From IMG/VR virus record IMGVR_UViG_3300020716_000002: a stretch of 64,000 nt of DNA; one strand, given 5' to 3'. The translations under genes were made by a program, and so were the position numbers. This DNA is from an uncultured virus (IMG/VR IMGVR_UViG_3300020716_000002). Its lineage: Duplodnaviria; Heunggongvirae; Uroviricota; Caudoviricetes. Positions 45,308 to 53,791 of this stretch are shown here, piece after piece. Numbering within the stretch: the stretch's first letter is position 1; each line of letters starts with the position of its first letter. Under the pieces are notes generated by a model. The model was not told where the DNA came from and searched no databases. It worked only from the letters and a program-made list of their open reading frames with translations.

Positions 45308-45568
45308 TTATTCCCCTATAGGTCTTTGTGCCGCTTGTGCCGCCTGATAAGCTGAAATTACTTCGGATGTCCATACCGCACTAGCAATAGCAGGTACTGG
45401 GGCAGGGTCGGATTGAGCCGCTGTGTCACCGGGAGTCCTTGTCCATCTGTGGAATGTACGAGTTACCTCTACACCGTCTTTGGTGATAACTTCTGCTTGG
45501 CGTACTTGAATAGTGCCGTCTTCTAATACTTCTGTTTTGTCGATGATTGTTGTTGATGCGAGTGTCAT
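45308..45568 (-). CDS. tail fibre chaperone-like protein
   Basis: IQVR....I..DG.E..RTFHR..P..VWT pattern; follows a fibre gene. Confidence 0.65.
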   Translation of the reverse strand: MTLASTTIIDKTEVLEDGTIQVRQAEVITKDGVEVTRTFHRWTRTPGDTAAQSDPAPVPAIASAVWTSEVISAYQAAQAAQRPIGE

Positions 45569-45577
45569 TGTGACTCC

Positions 45578-46411
45578 TTAGAATGAGGCTTGATATGTTA
45601 GTGAACCAATTATACGACTACCGCTTTGAAAAAGATTATTTGCGTTATTTTGCACAGTTGAACCGCCAGTTGTATTCCAAACAAAATTTACTTGAGTTGA
45701 ACTATTTGCTATGTAAAAAGCAATAAATGTTGGGGATACAGTTAATCCTGCATAGTAAGATACACAACCTGTTTGTGGTGCGCCTATAGCTCCACTTGTA
45801 AATGGAAATCCAAACAATGCACTTGCTGAACCTGTTCCAATTGAGGCGATCGTAAAATCAAAATGTACAGTTACAGTATTTCCTATTTTTGTATACGTGC
45901 CGACTTGAGGCGAATAAGTGGCAGTACCACCGACATTCGGAGTCCAAGTCCCTGTCTCATAGTCATTAAGCGTACTATTTGTAGTACCACTATATTGACT
46001 ACTATTATTGAACGTAATACCTGCATTGCTTGCAAGAGCTAATGTTCCAACGCCTGTATCACCTGCTTTGTTAATAGGTGTATATCCAAGGTTAGCTAAT
46101 GCAACACCAGATTGCAATTGAGCACTACCAACAGTACCAGGGCTAGGAGCAATAACTTGAGTTATTAAACTTGTGTACTCAACCCAGATGTTGTTTGTTC
46201 CGCTTGGGGGCGCAGAGGCAAACGTAATTGTGTTACCAGATACTGTGTACGCTGATCCAGGATTCTGATCTACATTAGCTACATTAACAATCATCTGGGC
46301 AACAGATGCAACAGGTTGAGGCAGTGTAAACGCAGTCGTACTCGCATTACCGCTGAAGTATGCTACTTGCGGTGCATAGGCTTGGTTCTGAACAGTATTG
46401 CCAATGTACAT
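45578..46411 (-). CDS. tail fibre protein
   Basis: MYIGN start; LNDYETGTWTP..G.YTKIGN.V tip domain. Confidence 0.75.
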   Translation of the reverse strand: MYIGNTVQNQAYAPQVAYFSGNASTTAFTLPQPVASVAQMIVNVANVDQNPGSAYTVSGNTITFASAPPSGTNNIWVEYTSLITQVIAPSPGTVGSAQLQSGVALANLGYTPINKAGDTGVGTLALASNAGITFNNSSQYSGTTNSTLNDYETGTWTPNVGGTATYSPQVGTYTKIGNTVTVHFDFTIASIGTGSASALFGFPFTSGAIGAPQTGCVSYYAGLTVSPTFIAFYIANSSTQVNFVWNTTGGSTVQNNANNLFQSGSRIIGSLTYQASF

Positions 46412-46412
46412 A

Positions 46413-46739
46413 TTAGGTTATCTGTAAAACGGATAAAACAACATCCATAGAACTTGCAGTTCCAGAGACAACGGTGAAAGCATCGCCAGTATTGAGAACC
46501 ACCTTACCATCCCCACCAAATAACGCAAGTGAACCGCCCACTGGGATAGTCGCACTATTAACTAGATAGTAGTTAACTGCGGATGCAGTAATGTAAACAC
46601 TTGCCGTAATCGGGCTAGATGTTGTATTAGCCAGTGTCAGTCCAATCGCTGTGGTCTGCGTCGCAGATGCGGCAGTAACCAGAACTACGGGAGTAGTACC
46701 TACTGATTTTGAGACGTACCGTGTAAATGTATTTGCCAT
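46413..46739 (-). CDS. tail structural protein
   Basis: Beta-rich 108 aa protein in the tail module. Confidence 0.65.
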   Translation of the reverse strand: MANTFTRYVSKSVGTTPVVLVTAASATQTTAIGLTLANTTSSPITASVYITASAVNYYLVNSATIPVGGSLALFGGDGKVVLNTGDAFTVVSGTASSMDVVLSVLQIT

Positions 46740-46742
46740 GTT

Positions 46743-47600
46743 TTATCCTAATGCAATTGCCATTGCGATTGCCGTTCCCGCAGGATCGACTTGAAGATTT
46801 GTTTGTGCGCCAGAAATTGTCGTTGCCCCTGTACCACCGTATAAAACCGGAACCGCAACCCCGTTCCAGTTTGCGTTAGTAATTGTTTGATTGCCCATAC
46901 TAAGACCAGTAGTACCCCAAGTCACAGCACCGCTTGGCCCCGCACCCGGTACAAATTGATACCCAGACCAACTACCTGCAACCGATCCATTGTTCTCGCA
47001 GAAAATAAATCCTGCCATTCCAGGAACAATTATTATGATTGGAGTTAAAGATCCATCTTGTAGAGTTACATTACCTGTAGAGTCATTATCAATAATGTAA
47101 CCCTGACCAAGTGCTACAGTATTAGCCGCAGGTAAAACTACGGTTTGTGTTGTAGAACCTACAAATCTTTGATAATAACTACTGGCAACAGTAAGTGTTG
47201 TTGTTCCTGCGGCAGTTGTTGTACTTGTCCAACCTGGCGTAAAACTATTCCCAGATATATTTCCGTTTACATCTTGAATAACAGCTTTTTCAGATGGATA
47301 GGTACAGAATATAGTTAGCGTGTTAGATGTGCTAAAACTAATTAAAGATGTAGTACCAGAACTGTTAGACAGAACCGTAGTGCGGGATAAAGTATTAGGA
47401 GAACCTGCGGTAACCGTACCATACCCAACTTCCCAGGCATAAGCTGTTGGGTCGTAAATTGCATAGTATGTAGAATTGGTAGTACCAATCCCAGACACAA
47501 AAGTCTTGTACCCGTTTACAGCACCAGATAGGTTTACAGAACCCGTACCCGTAGCTACAGTTCCATTTTCCTGAACTCTGTCTGCAACAACAAACGCCAT
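46743..47600 (-). CDS. tail fibre / attachment protein
   Basis: ADRVQE..TGTG, WEVG.GT, C-terminal AIAMAIALG. Confidence 0.7.
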   Translation of the reverse strand: MAFVVADRVQENGTVATGTGSVNLSGAVNGYKTFVSGIGTTNSTYYAIYDPTAYAWEVGYGTVTAGSPNTLSRTTVLSNSSGTTSLISFSTSNTLTIFCTYPSEKAVIQDVNGNISGNSFTPGWTSTTTAAGTTTLTVASSYYQRFVGSTTQTVVLPAANTVALGQGYIIDNDSTGNVTLQDGSLTPIIIIVPGMAGFIFCENNGSVAGSWSGYQFVPGAGPSGAVTWGTTGLSMGNQTITNANWNGVAVPVLYGGTGATTISGAQTNLQVDPAGTAIAMAIALG

Positions 47601-47610
47601 TTAAGACCCC

Positions 47611-48147
47611 TTAAGATGTAGCAGAAGTGCTATACGTTACCGATACAGTGTCCCCTGCCGTTGTAGTCTTGGCTACGCTGAAGTTACTCTCTGAATACAA
47701 AGTACCCGCAGTTGAGTTTTGTGTGTTAACTGCGCCAGTCCCGGTTACCAAAAAGCATCCATAAACTGTTCCGCCGCTACCCGTTATTGTATAAGTGATT
47801 GCTGAGGCGGTAATGGATGTTACGTTAGATGGTGTAGAACCGGTAGAAGAAGGAGAACCAAACACCGCCGTCCCGCGAACTGCTGATCCGCCAACTGTAT
47901 AAGCTGTGAATTCTTTTGACGGAACAATGGTGCTCATCGTATCTGTTGCGGCAGGAGTAATTGTTGCATTCAACAACCCAAGGTAAGGTCCTACTACCGT
48001 ATAAGATGAACCAGAAAGAAAACTAGAAAACATCAACTGTTTCCCCGCCTGGACAACTAGGTTAGGTGTTTTTTCTTCCCATTTAAAATTGCCATCCTTG
48101 TCATGACAAATGACATGAAACCAACCTTGTATTCCCATGTTTGACAT
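47611..48147 (-). CDS. tail structural protein
   Basis: WEE...NLVV..G; beta-rich. Confidence 0.65.
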   Translation of the reverse strand: MSNMGIQGWFHVICHDKDGNFKWEEKTPNLVVQAGKQLMFSSFLSGSSYTVVGPYLGLLNATITPAATDTMSTIVPSKEFTAYTVGGSAVRGTAVFGSPSSTGSTPSNVTSITASAITYTITGSGGTVYGCFLVTGTGAVNTQNSTAGTLYSESNFSVAKTTTAGDTVSVTYSTSATS

Positions 48148-48149
48148 GA

Positions 48150-48587
48150 TTACCCCAATCTTAAAATTGCAGACGTACTAGATGCAATCGGGAATTGCAC
48201 CGTAAAAGAAGAAATAGATTGTTTTGTAGACCCAAAATCAAGCACAAAAACAGATGGATTAGTTGTGCCGTTATTAAGATATACCAAACACCCCCTTACA
48301 GATAATGATCCATACCATGTGGCATTTGCAAATGATAAGTAAATCGTATCATTAGAAGTATCTATTGTAGGTACTTGGCTAATAGTTAAAGCTTGACCTC
48401 CAGCCGTATAACCCGTTCCAGTTACTTCTCCCGCAGAAGTGTATGCGGTTGTATATTGATTTAATGTAGCCGAATTGTTATAAAGGGCTATGTTATATGT
48501 CTGAGTCGTGCCTGATCCAAAGTTAAATACTCCGTCGAGTAAACCTTGTTTAAATGAATCGCATGTCCAATTTCCTGTAAATGCCAT
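48150..48587 (-). CDS. tail structural protein
   Basis: SFKQ.LL, IALY, GYTAGG, VLDFG. Confidence 0.65.
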   Translation of the reverse strand: MAFTGNWTCDSFKQGLLDGVFNFGSGTTQTYNIALYNNSATLNQYTTAYTSAGEVTGTGYTAGGQALTISQVPTIDTSNDTIYLSFANATWYGSLSVRGCLVYLNNGTTNPSVFVLDFGSTKQSISSFTVQFPIASSTSAILRLG

Positions 48588-49564
48588 TAGGTCACCGCCT
48601 GTCTGTATTGACCAGACCTGTATGCATCTTGTCTCTCTAGTGCATCACCAAGGCGTTTAGCTTCACCGACGGCTTCTTTATATTTTATTTCATATAAAGC
48701 CACAATATCAGGTTCACCTTTCATAAAGGTGTAAGCTTCAACTAAACAACCGTAAAGAAGTACATTATCATAGTTATCACCTAACCATGTTGTACCTGTT
48801 GCATTAGATACGCTAGATACAGTACAAGTAAAATTTGTACCACTAGAACCAATTGTTGTAGGAGCAGATAGTACGTCTCCTATAGAATATAAGGCCCCAC
48901 CACTTGTTGGCGTAATAGAAGTAACAACTCCACCAGAAGAAACTACTATAGTAGCAATAGCGGAATTACCATTACCTCCATTTAATGTAACGTCGTAATA
49001 TGTCCCAGCTGTATAGCCTGTACCACCTGTTGCAATAGTAAGCCCTGCTACAGCGCCCTGGATAATTGTGGGCGGGTAATAATAGTAATGCAATTCAACT
49101 GAATAAGACTGATCAGGGGTTGGGCCAAGCATAAAACTTAACTCAGCTGTATTGCTATATTGGGGGCCAAAAAGTGCGTAATATGTAGGGAGTGCATTGT
49201 AAGCAGATCCTACTGTTGGATAAGCCTGCCTAATAAAATTAACGTCTTTATTAAGCAAATATGTATATGTGCCGCCTGTAATAACACCATTAGCAAATGT
49301 AGCGTTTTGAATAACAGCTAATGAATAGACAGATAAAAAATCATTAGGACAAGATAAGTATGCATTACCTGATGTAGTTGTACCGTAAGAGTTAGCGCGA
49401 AGGCTAGGAAACTGAATCGTGTTGTAAATGCGTTGCTCAGCCTGCTCGATGAAACGATTAATCTGAGTTGTGCTTGACTCAGTCGTACCATCGGCAAGAT
49501 AAACTGGAGGGAACTGGTTTTCCGTATATCCCTGTATTGCAGTTACAAGTTCAGTATAGGTCAC
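48587..49564 (-). CDS. head-tail adaptor / tail tubular A-like protein with inserted beta domain
   Basis: FIEQAEQRI, LGPTPD..Y..ELHY, LLYGCL.EA..FMK. Confidence 0.7.
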   Translation of the reverse strand: MTYTELVTAIQGYTENQFPPVYLADGTTESSTTQINRFIEQAEQRIYNTIQFPSLRANSYGTTTSGNAYLSCPNDFLSVYSLAVIQNATFANGVITGGTYTYLLNKDVNFIRQAYPTVGSAYNALPTYYALFGPQYSNTAELSFMLGPTPDQSYSVELHYYYYPPTIIQGAVAGLTIATGGTGYTAGTYYDVTLNGGNGNSAIATIVVSSGGVVTSITPTSGGALYSIGDVLSAPTTIGSSGTNFTCTVSSVSNATGTTWLGDNYDNVLLYGCLVEAYTFMKGEPDIVALYEIKYKEAVGEAKRLGDALERQDAYRSGQYRQAVT

Positions 49565-49878
49565 GCCATTGGTCCCCTAGACATCACACCACGTTCAGCT
49601 GCACCTGTACCACGAATTTTAATACCTTCAGTCTCAATCTTATCATCGTGCCCAATAGATACGCCACCATTAAGTGGTGTCCAATTTTTACGTGTAGGCA
49701 TTTCAGCAGCCATGCCAATCATTGGGTTCTCAGGATTTTTCTCAATAGCATTAGCACCAAATTTTTTACCTGTCATGGTATGTGGCGGTGCATATTCTGC
49801 AGCTGGGCCGTCGGTCTTGTTCCTGCTGATTTTTACAGAAGGGCTATCTTTTTTGGTTGCAGGTACATTTTTAGCCAT
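49561..49878 (-). CDS. small basic protein
   Basis: C-terminal RGTGAAERG..SRGPMA. Confidence 0.7.
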   Translation of the reverse strand: MAKNVPATKKDSPSVKISRNKTDGPAAEYAPPHTMTGKKFGANAIEKNPENPMIGMAAEMPTRKNWTPLNGGVSIGHDDKIETEGIKIRGTGAAERGVMSRGPMA

Positions 49879-50108
49879 TATTTTTTACCCCCTTGATTAG
49901 CAACTTTAGCTAGATTACGACCCATAGTTTGCATATTGCCACCATTGGTTAAACCGCCTTTAGCCATTTTCTTCATGGGCATACCACCTTTTTTAAGAGT
50001 GATTTTAGTATGCTTACCAGGATGCTCTTGAGCATCGTGTTCTTTAAAAGCTTTTTTAATCATGGCTTTATCTTGAGCCAAATCACTATCCATCTCTTTT
50101 TTTGCCAT
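49878..50108 (-). CDS. small basic protein with xxxGG motifs
   Basis: LKKGG, MAKGG; AGGAG RBS. Confidence 0.7.
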   Translation of the reverse strand: MAKKEMDSDLAQDKAMIKKAFKEHDAQEHPGKHTKITLKKGGMPMKKMAKGGLTNGGNMQTMGRNLAKVANQGGKK

Positions 50109-50117
50109 GATAACTCC

Positions 50118-50546
50118 TTATGTTGTGGCAATTGTAACCGTACCTAATGTAATCTTCAATGCTAAATTATTGGGTGTTAGCCCGGCATCATTACTTCTAG
50201 AACCCCCAACAGGATTCCAGCCCCATTGAATAATTCTACTACCAGCTTCTGGAAACCCAACTCCTGTATCTGCAGTTGATCCGCTGTTCGAAGTTTGCAA
50301 TCCGCTATTTCCTGATACTTGATAGCTATTATCCCGTCTAGGTTCTCTGACTGCTTGTGGGTCATTGACTGGATACATACCAAGTTGCAACTGGGGATGA
50401 TCTGGGTCCCAGCAAGACTGGCAAACTTTAATAGAATAAAGCTTGGTTTTAATGACTTCTTTTTTAAGTTCTTTTAGTTTGTAGCGTTGACCACATCTGT
50501 CGCATTCGGCAATCGCATATTTACCAGAAGCATATTTGGTAGGCAT
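50118..50546 (-). CDS. zinc-binding protein
   Basis: CDRC...VCQSC, DPDHPQL. Confidence 0.7.
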   Translation of the reverse strand: MPTKYASGKYAIAECDRCGQRYKLKELKKEVIKTKLYSIKVCQSCWDPDHPQLQLGMYPVNDPQAVREPRRDNSYQVSGNSGLQTSNSGSTADTGVGFPEAGSRIIQWGWNPVGGSRSNDAGLTPNNLALKITLGTVTIATT

Positions 50547-50555
50547 TTAAGCACC

Positions 50556-51479
50556 TCAATAAAATAGCTGCCGTGGCACATAACGATCTGCGGCTTTATC
50601 TCGGTCTTCTTGAGACGCAAGTAGCCATTGCTGTTCGTAATCTGCTTTAAGAAACGCAACCCGTTCTGGAGGTATTTCAGGCTTCTTAATGGCAATATAG
50701 TATGCTAGTCCAGCAACCAAACAAGGGATAAGCCTAAATGGAATATCTTCTATGTTTACACCTGTGCCCGCATCTTGTAGTCTGCGAAGACGCCAATAGA
50801 CAAATGTATAGTTTCCTCCAGCATCAGGGGTAGGCCAAACATTAATACATGGAAGATTTTGTTGTATTACTGCGGCTCCAGAATTATGTAAAGCTGCGGT
50901 TGTGCCGTTTTGCCCTCTCCAGCAATTGGTAAGTACATTCCCTATAACATTGGTATAACTGATAATTTCATTGTCTATCTGTATAAACCCTGTAGTGGCT
51001 AACCCTACTACGCTGCTGAGTGTAATAGAAGTATCTGTAGCCAGAACTGTACTAGCAACTGTTATGCTGGTTGTGTTTGTCTGCGCTGTTTGGCGGTTGA
51101 TCCATACTTGGATCGGTCTACCATTTGCAAGTTTATTTGGGATTGTCGAGTAGGTAGATTCAGATATCCTCGTGATGTTGATATCAGTTTGTGTACTCGC
51201 AGTTCCATTATTTTGTCTGACGACATGGTCTAGTAAATCAATCGTATCTGATGGGAGTGGGTAAATAGCTTGATTAGAATTTAAAGCAATTGCGCCCTCT
51301 TGGATAGTCCAAAGGTTAATACCGCGATTAGCCCACTCAATAGTTAATAAATTTAGAGAACGAGTTCCTGTACGAAACTCATATCCCGTGCGAATTTCAA
51401 GCCCGGCGCGTTCATACGCCTCCTCCATTATTTCAACTAATGCGGGAGTGAATGAGGCGGAGCCGGACGTATATGCCAT
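50556..51479 (-). CDS. head-tail connector-like protein with inserted beta domain
   Basis: EEAYERAG, RSLNLL..EWANRG, WPTPD, GLAYY. Confidence 0.65.
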   Translation of the reverse strand: MAYTSGSASFTPALVEIMEEAYERAGLEIRTGYEFRTGTRSLNLLTIEWANRGINLWTIQEGAIALNSNQAIYPLPSDTIDLLDHVVRQNNGTASTQTDINITRISESTYSTIPNKLANGRPIQVWINRQTAQTNTTSITVASTVLATDTSITLSSVVGLATTGFIQIDNEIISYTNVIGNVLTNCWRGQNGTTAALHNSGAAVIQQNLPCINVWPTPDAGGNYTFVYWRLRRLQDAGTGVNIEDIPFRLIPCLVAGLAYYIAIKKPEIPPERVAFLKADYEQQWLLASQEDRDKAADRYVPRQLFY

Positions 51480-51724
51480 TATGCTTTATCAGGTGTAACA
51501 ACTACTTCAGGTTCGGCATGATCTGGTTCTTCTGTGTGTTGCACGGGTTCAGCAACCACTTCAGGTTCAGGCACAACAGAATTAACATGGGCATCAAACA
51601 AATCATGTAATTTTTGGGTTGCATCAAGTGTAGTCCCATACATGTTCTGTTCGACTTGCATCATATGCTTAATAATTCTTAGTAGATGACCTGCGTTTTC
51701 TTCTACATGATCTAGTAGACTCAT
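51479..51724 (-). CDS. small acidic hypothetical protein
   Basis: Coupled ORF with E/P-rich tail. Confidence 0.65.
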   Translation of the reverse strand: MSLLDHVEENAGHLLRIIKHMMQVEQNMYGTTLDATQKLHDLFDAHVNSVVPEPEVVAEPVQHTEEPDHAEPEVVVTPDKA

Positions 51725-51975
51725 TTTTTCTTCCTTGTTTTAGCTGATTGGATAAAATCTTCTTTACTAGGAGCGCCTTTACTCCCGACTTTTCTCATGT
51801 GCTCACCCGACCCAGCCGCTATCCTTTTTTGCTTCGCATGGATATTGGCATAAAGACCGGGAAGCCCGCCTTTTTTATACATCTCGACATCATTCGGATC
51901 GTCCTTACGAACGATCTTCTTTTTGCCTGGCATTTTAGATGGGTTCATTGCACCCATCCCACGACTAGACATCAT
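51721..51975 (-). CDS. small basic protein
   Basis: SRGMGAM, YKKGG, GLYANIHAK; start at ATG overlapping the upstream stop. Confidence 0.7.
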   Translation of the reverse strand: MMSSRGMGAMNPSKMPGKKKIVRKDDPNDVEMYKKGGLPGLYANIHAKQKRIAAGSGEHMRKVGSKGAPSKEDFIQSAKTRKKK

Positions 51976-52175
51976 TTCTTGCCGTAAGCCATTCCACCGC
52001 CACACATAGACTTAACATGCTCATGGAACTTTTTATGTCCAGCAGCGTGTTCGCCGTATGTTTTGTGATGATGACTATGGTCACCTTCTTCCAAATTTTC
52101 CATCATATGCACATTGTGTGTATGTGGTGGGCTTGACTCTTTCATGAGTGGGGGATGATCCATACCTTGCTTCAT
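51972..52175 (-). CDS. His-rich small protein
   Basis: AAGGAG RBS; many His; ends MCGGGMAYGKK. Confidence 0.7.
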   Translation of the reverse strand: MKQGMDHPPLMKESSPPHTHNVHMMENLEEGDHSHHHKTYGEHAAGHKKFHEHVKSMCGGGMAYGKK

Positions 52176-52184
52176 AATAACTCC

Positions 52185-52775
52185 TTAACAAAATCTACCT
52201 TTAGTTTTACCGCGTTGGGCTATTCCGTCTCCACGACCGGATACAGAACCACCTGACTTATATTTTGACCCTAACATTTCACGGAACTTCTTGCCTGATG
52301 AAAATGCCTCAGCAAGTTTAGAACGATTAGCTGCTCGTTCTGATTCTCCATCATCAGTTTTTGATTTGACTTTACCAGATATATCGCGATAAGTACCTGA
52401 TGATTTAGGTGCTGCCTCAGTCTTAGTCTCAGCTTTAGTTTCAGCTTTGGAGGCTGGAGCTTCTGCTTTAGGCGCAGGCTTAGACTCTGCTTTAGGAGCT
52501 GGAGCTTCTGCTTTAGGCGCAGGCTTACTAGAAGCACTTCCGTCTCTACGCTTTAAATTTTGCTGAGCATTTAAATAATCACGAAGATTATCATAAGGAG
52601 AAGCGGCTAATTGTTCTTTAGTAACAATAGCACGTTTAGGAGCTGCGGCTTTAGCAGAAGGTGTAGGCGTTTCAGATGTTTGATCATCTTTATAGTCACT
52701 TTCGCTTCCGCTTCCGGCTTCATAGAAATTACCGTCTACTTCATCGCCTTCGGCATAACGTTTGGTTTTTTTCAT
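52185..52775 (-). CDS. K/A/P-rich low-complexity protein
   Basis: KPAPKAEAPA repeats, YAEGD, YKSGG, C-terminal RGDGIAQRGKTKGRFC. Confidence 0.75.
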   Translation of the reverse strand: MKKTKRYAEGDEVDGNFYEAGSGSESDYKDDQTSETPTPSAKAAAPKRAIVTKEQLAASPYDNLRDYLNAQQNLKRRDGSASSKPAPKAEAPAPKAESKPAPKAEAPASKAETKAETKTEAAPKSSGTYRDISGKVKSKTDDGESERAANRSKLAEAFSSGKKFREMLGSKYKSGGSVSGRGDGIAQRGKTKGRFC

Positions 52776-52784
52776 GTCTATTCC

Positions 52785-53363
52785 TTACATGTATCTGCCT
52801 TTGGTCATGCCCTTTTGTTGGATGGCATGTTGACCAAAACCTTTGTTACCTTTTTTAAGACCTTCTGAACCTTGGGTTTCACCAATGATTGTTCCGCCTG
52901 CAGCATATCTTTTAGCCGCACCACCTTTTTTCATTCCAGTGGTAGAACCTTTCATTTTTTCTTCGATGTCTTTGGTGTGTCCACGTTTTTGAATGCCGTG
53001 CTCACCAAATTTTTTATCCTTATTAGAGCCTTTTTCTACGTCCTCTTTCATGGTACGTGGGCCCATTGATTCAGCTTTACCACCAGAAGCCATCTTTTTG
53101 GTTGCCCCGCCTTTTTTCATGCCACCCATTGCTGGAGCAGCTGGAGCTTGTTGAGCCATTTGAGCTTTTTTCATAGCCATCATAGCTGCTAATTTTCTTG
53201 GATCTGTTGCCATAGTATCACCACCCTTTGAGAATTTTTTGCCTTTATCGGCGTTGCTAAAGTCTTTTCCCACAGATTGCGGGATACCTACCTTTTTGGC
53301 GAACGATGGATTGTGAGCCACCGCCTCCATAAGATTATGTTGTTTTTTACTTGTGCTCGGCAT
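52785..53363 (-). CDS. basic protein with five xxxGG motifs
   Basis: FSKGG, MKKGG x2, MASGG, YAAGG. Confidence 0.75.
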   Translation of the reverse strand: MPSTSKKQHNLMEAVAHNPSFAKKVGIPQSVGKDFSNADKGKKFSKGGDTMATDPRKLAAMMAMKKAQMAQQAPAAPAMGGMKKGGATKKMASGGKAESMGPRTMKEDVEKGSNKDKKFGEHGIQKRGHTKDIEEKMKGSTTGMKKGGAAKRYAAGGTIIGETQGSEGLKKGNKGFGQHAIQQKGMTKGRYM

Positions 53364-53544
53364 CTTTTTTCTTACGAATTAGTTCATAAAAGCTTTTGCC
53401 TGTCACCATCTCGGCTATACGCATTAACCCTAGTACAGCACCAACTAAACCAAAAATAGGTGAAAACATATTTAGAAACGCGCCAATAGCAGTAAATACC
53501 GATATAGTGTCTACAGTATTTCTAATAGTATCATGAGTATCCAT
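53347..53544 (-). CDS. small membrane protein
   Basis: Hydrophobic core and basic C-terminus. Confidence 0.65.
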   Translation of the reverse strand: MDTHDTIRNTVDTISVFTAIGAFLNMFSPIFGLVGAVLGLMRIAEMVTGKSFYELIRKKKDAEHK

Positions 53545-53790
53545 TTAACACTTCCAAGCTTTAAGTGATTTGTTGATACGACTGTTTGGGTCTTTTGCCG
53601 TTTTCTCTGAAGTAAGCTTTTTCTTCATCCCAGTCATCCTGGCGCAAAAGGAATCTTTTCTCGATCCGCCTTCTGGTTGCGGCGGTTTCAAGTTGTGCCC
53701 TTCTTTCTTCGCGGAGGCTCGCCCCTTGGCGTTCAGACCACCATTCGGATTTTTGCCTTCTTTTCTCTGCCATGCTGGACTCTTTGCCAT
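53545..53790 (-). CDS. small basic conserved phage protein
   Basis: AWQRKEGKNPNGGLN..SFCARM..SL.AWKC. Confidence 0.75.
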   Translation of the reverse strand: MAKSPAWQRKEGKNPNGGLNAKGRASAKKEGHNLKPPQPEGGSRKDSFCARMTGMKKKLTSEKTAKDPNSRINKSLKAWKC

Positions 53791-53791
53791 A

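Noticed and set aside
40960..46411. Diversity-generating retroelement or invertible fibre cassette
   Set aside because: No reverse transcriptase or recombinase in the window; no TR/VR pair with adenine-specific differences noticed; all genes are on one strand
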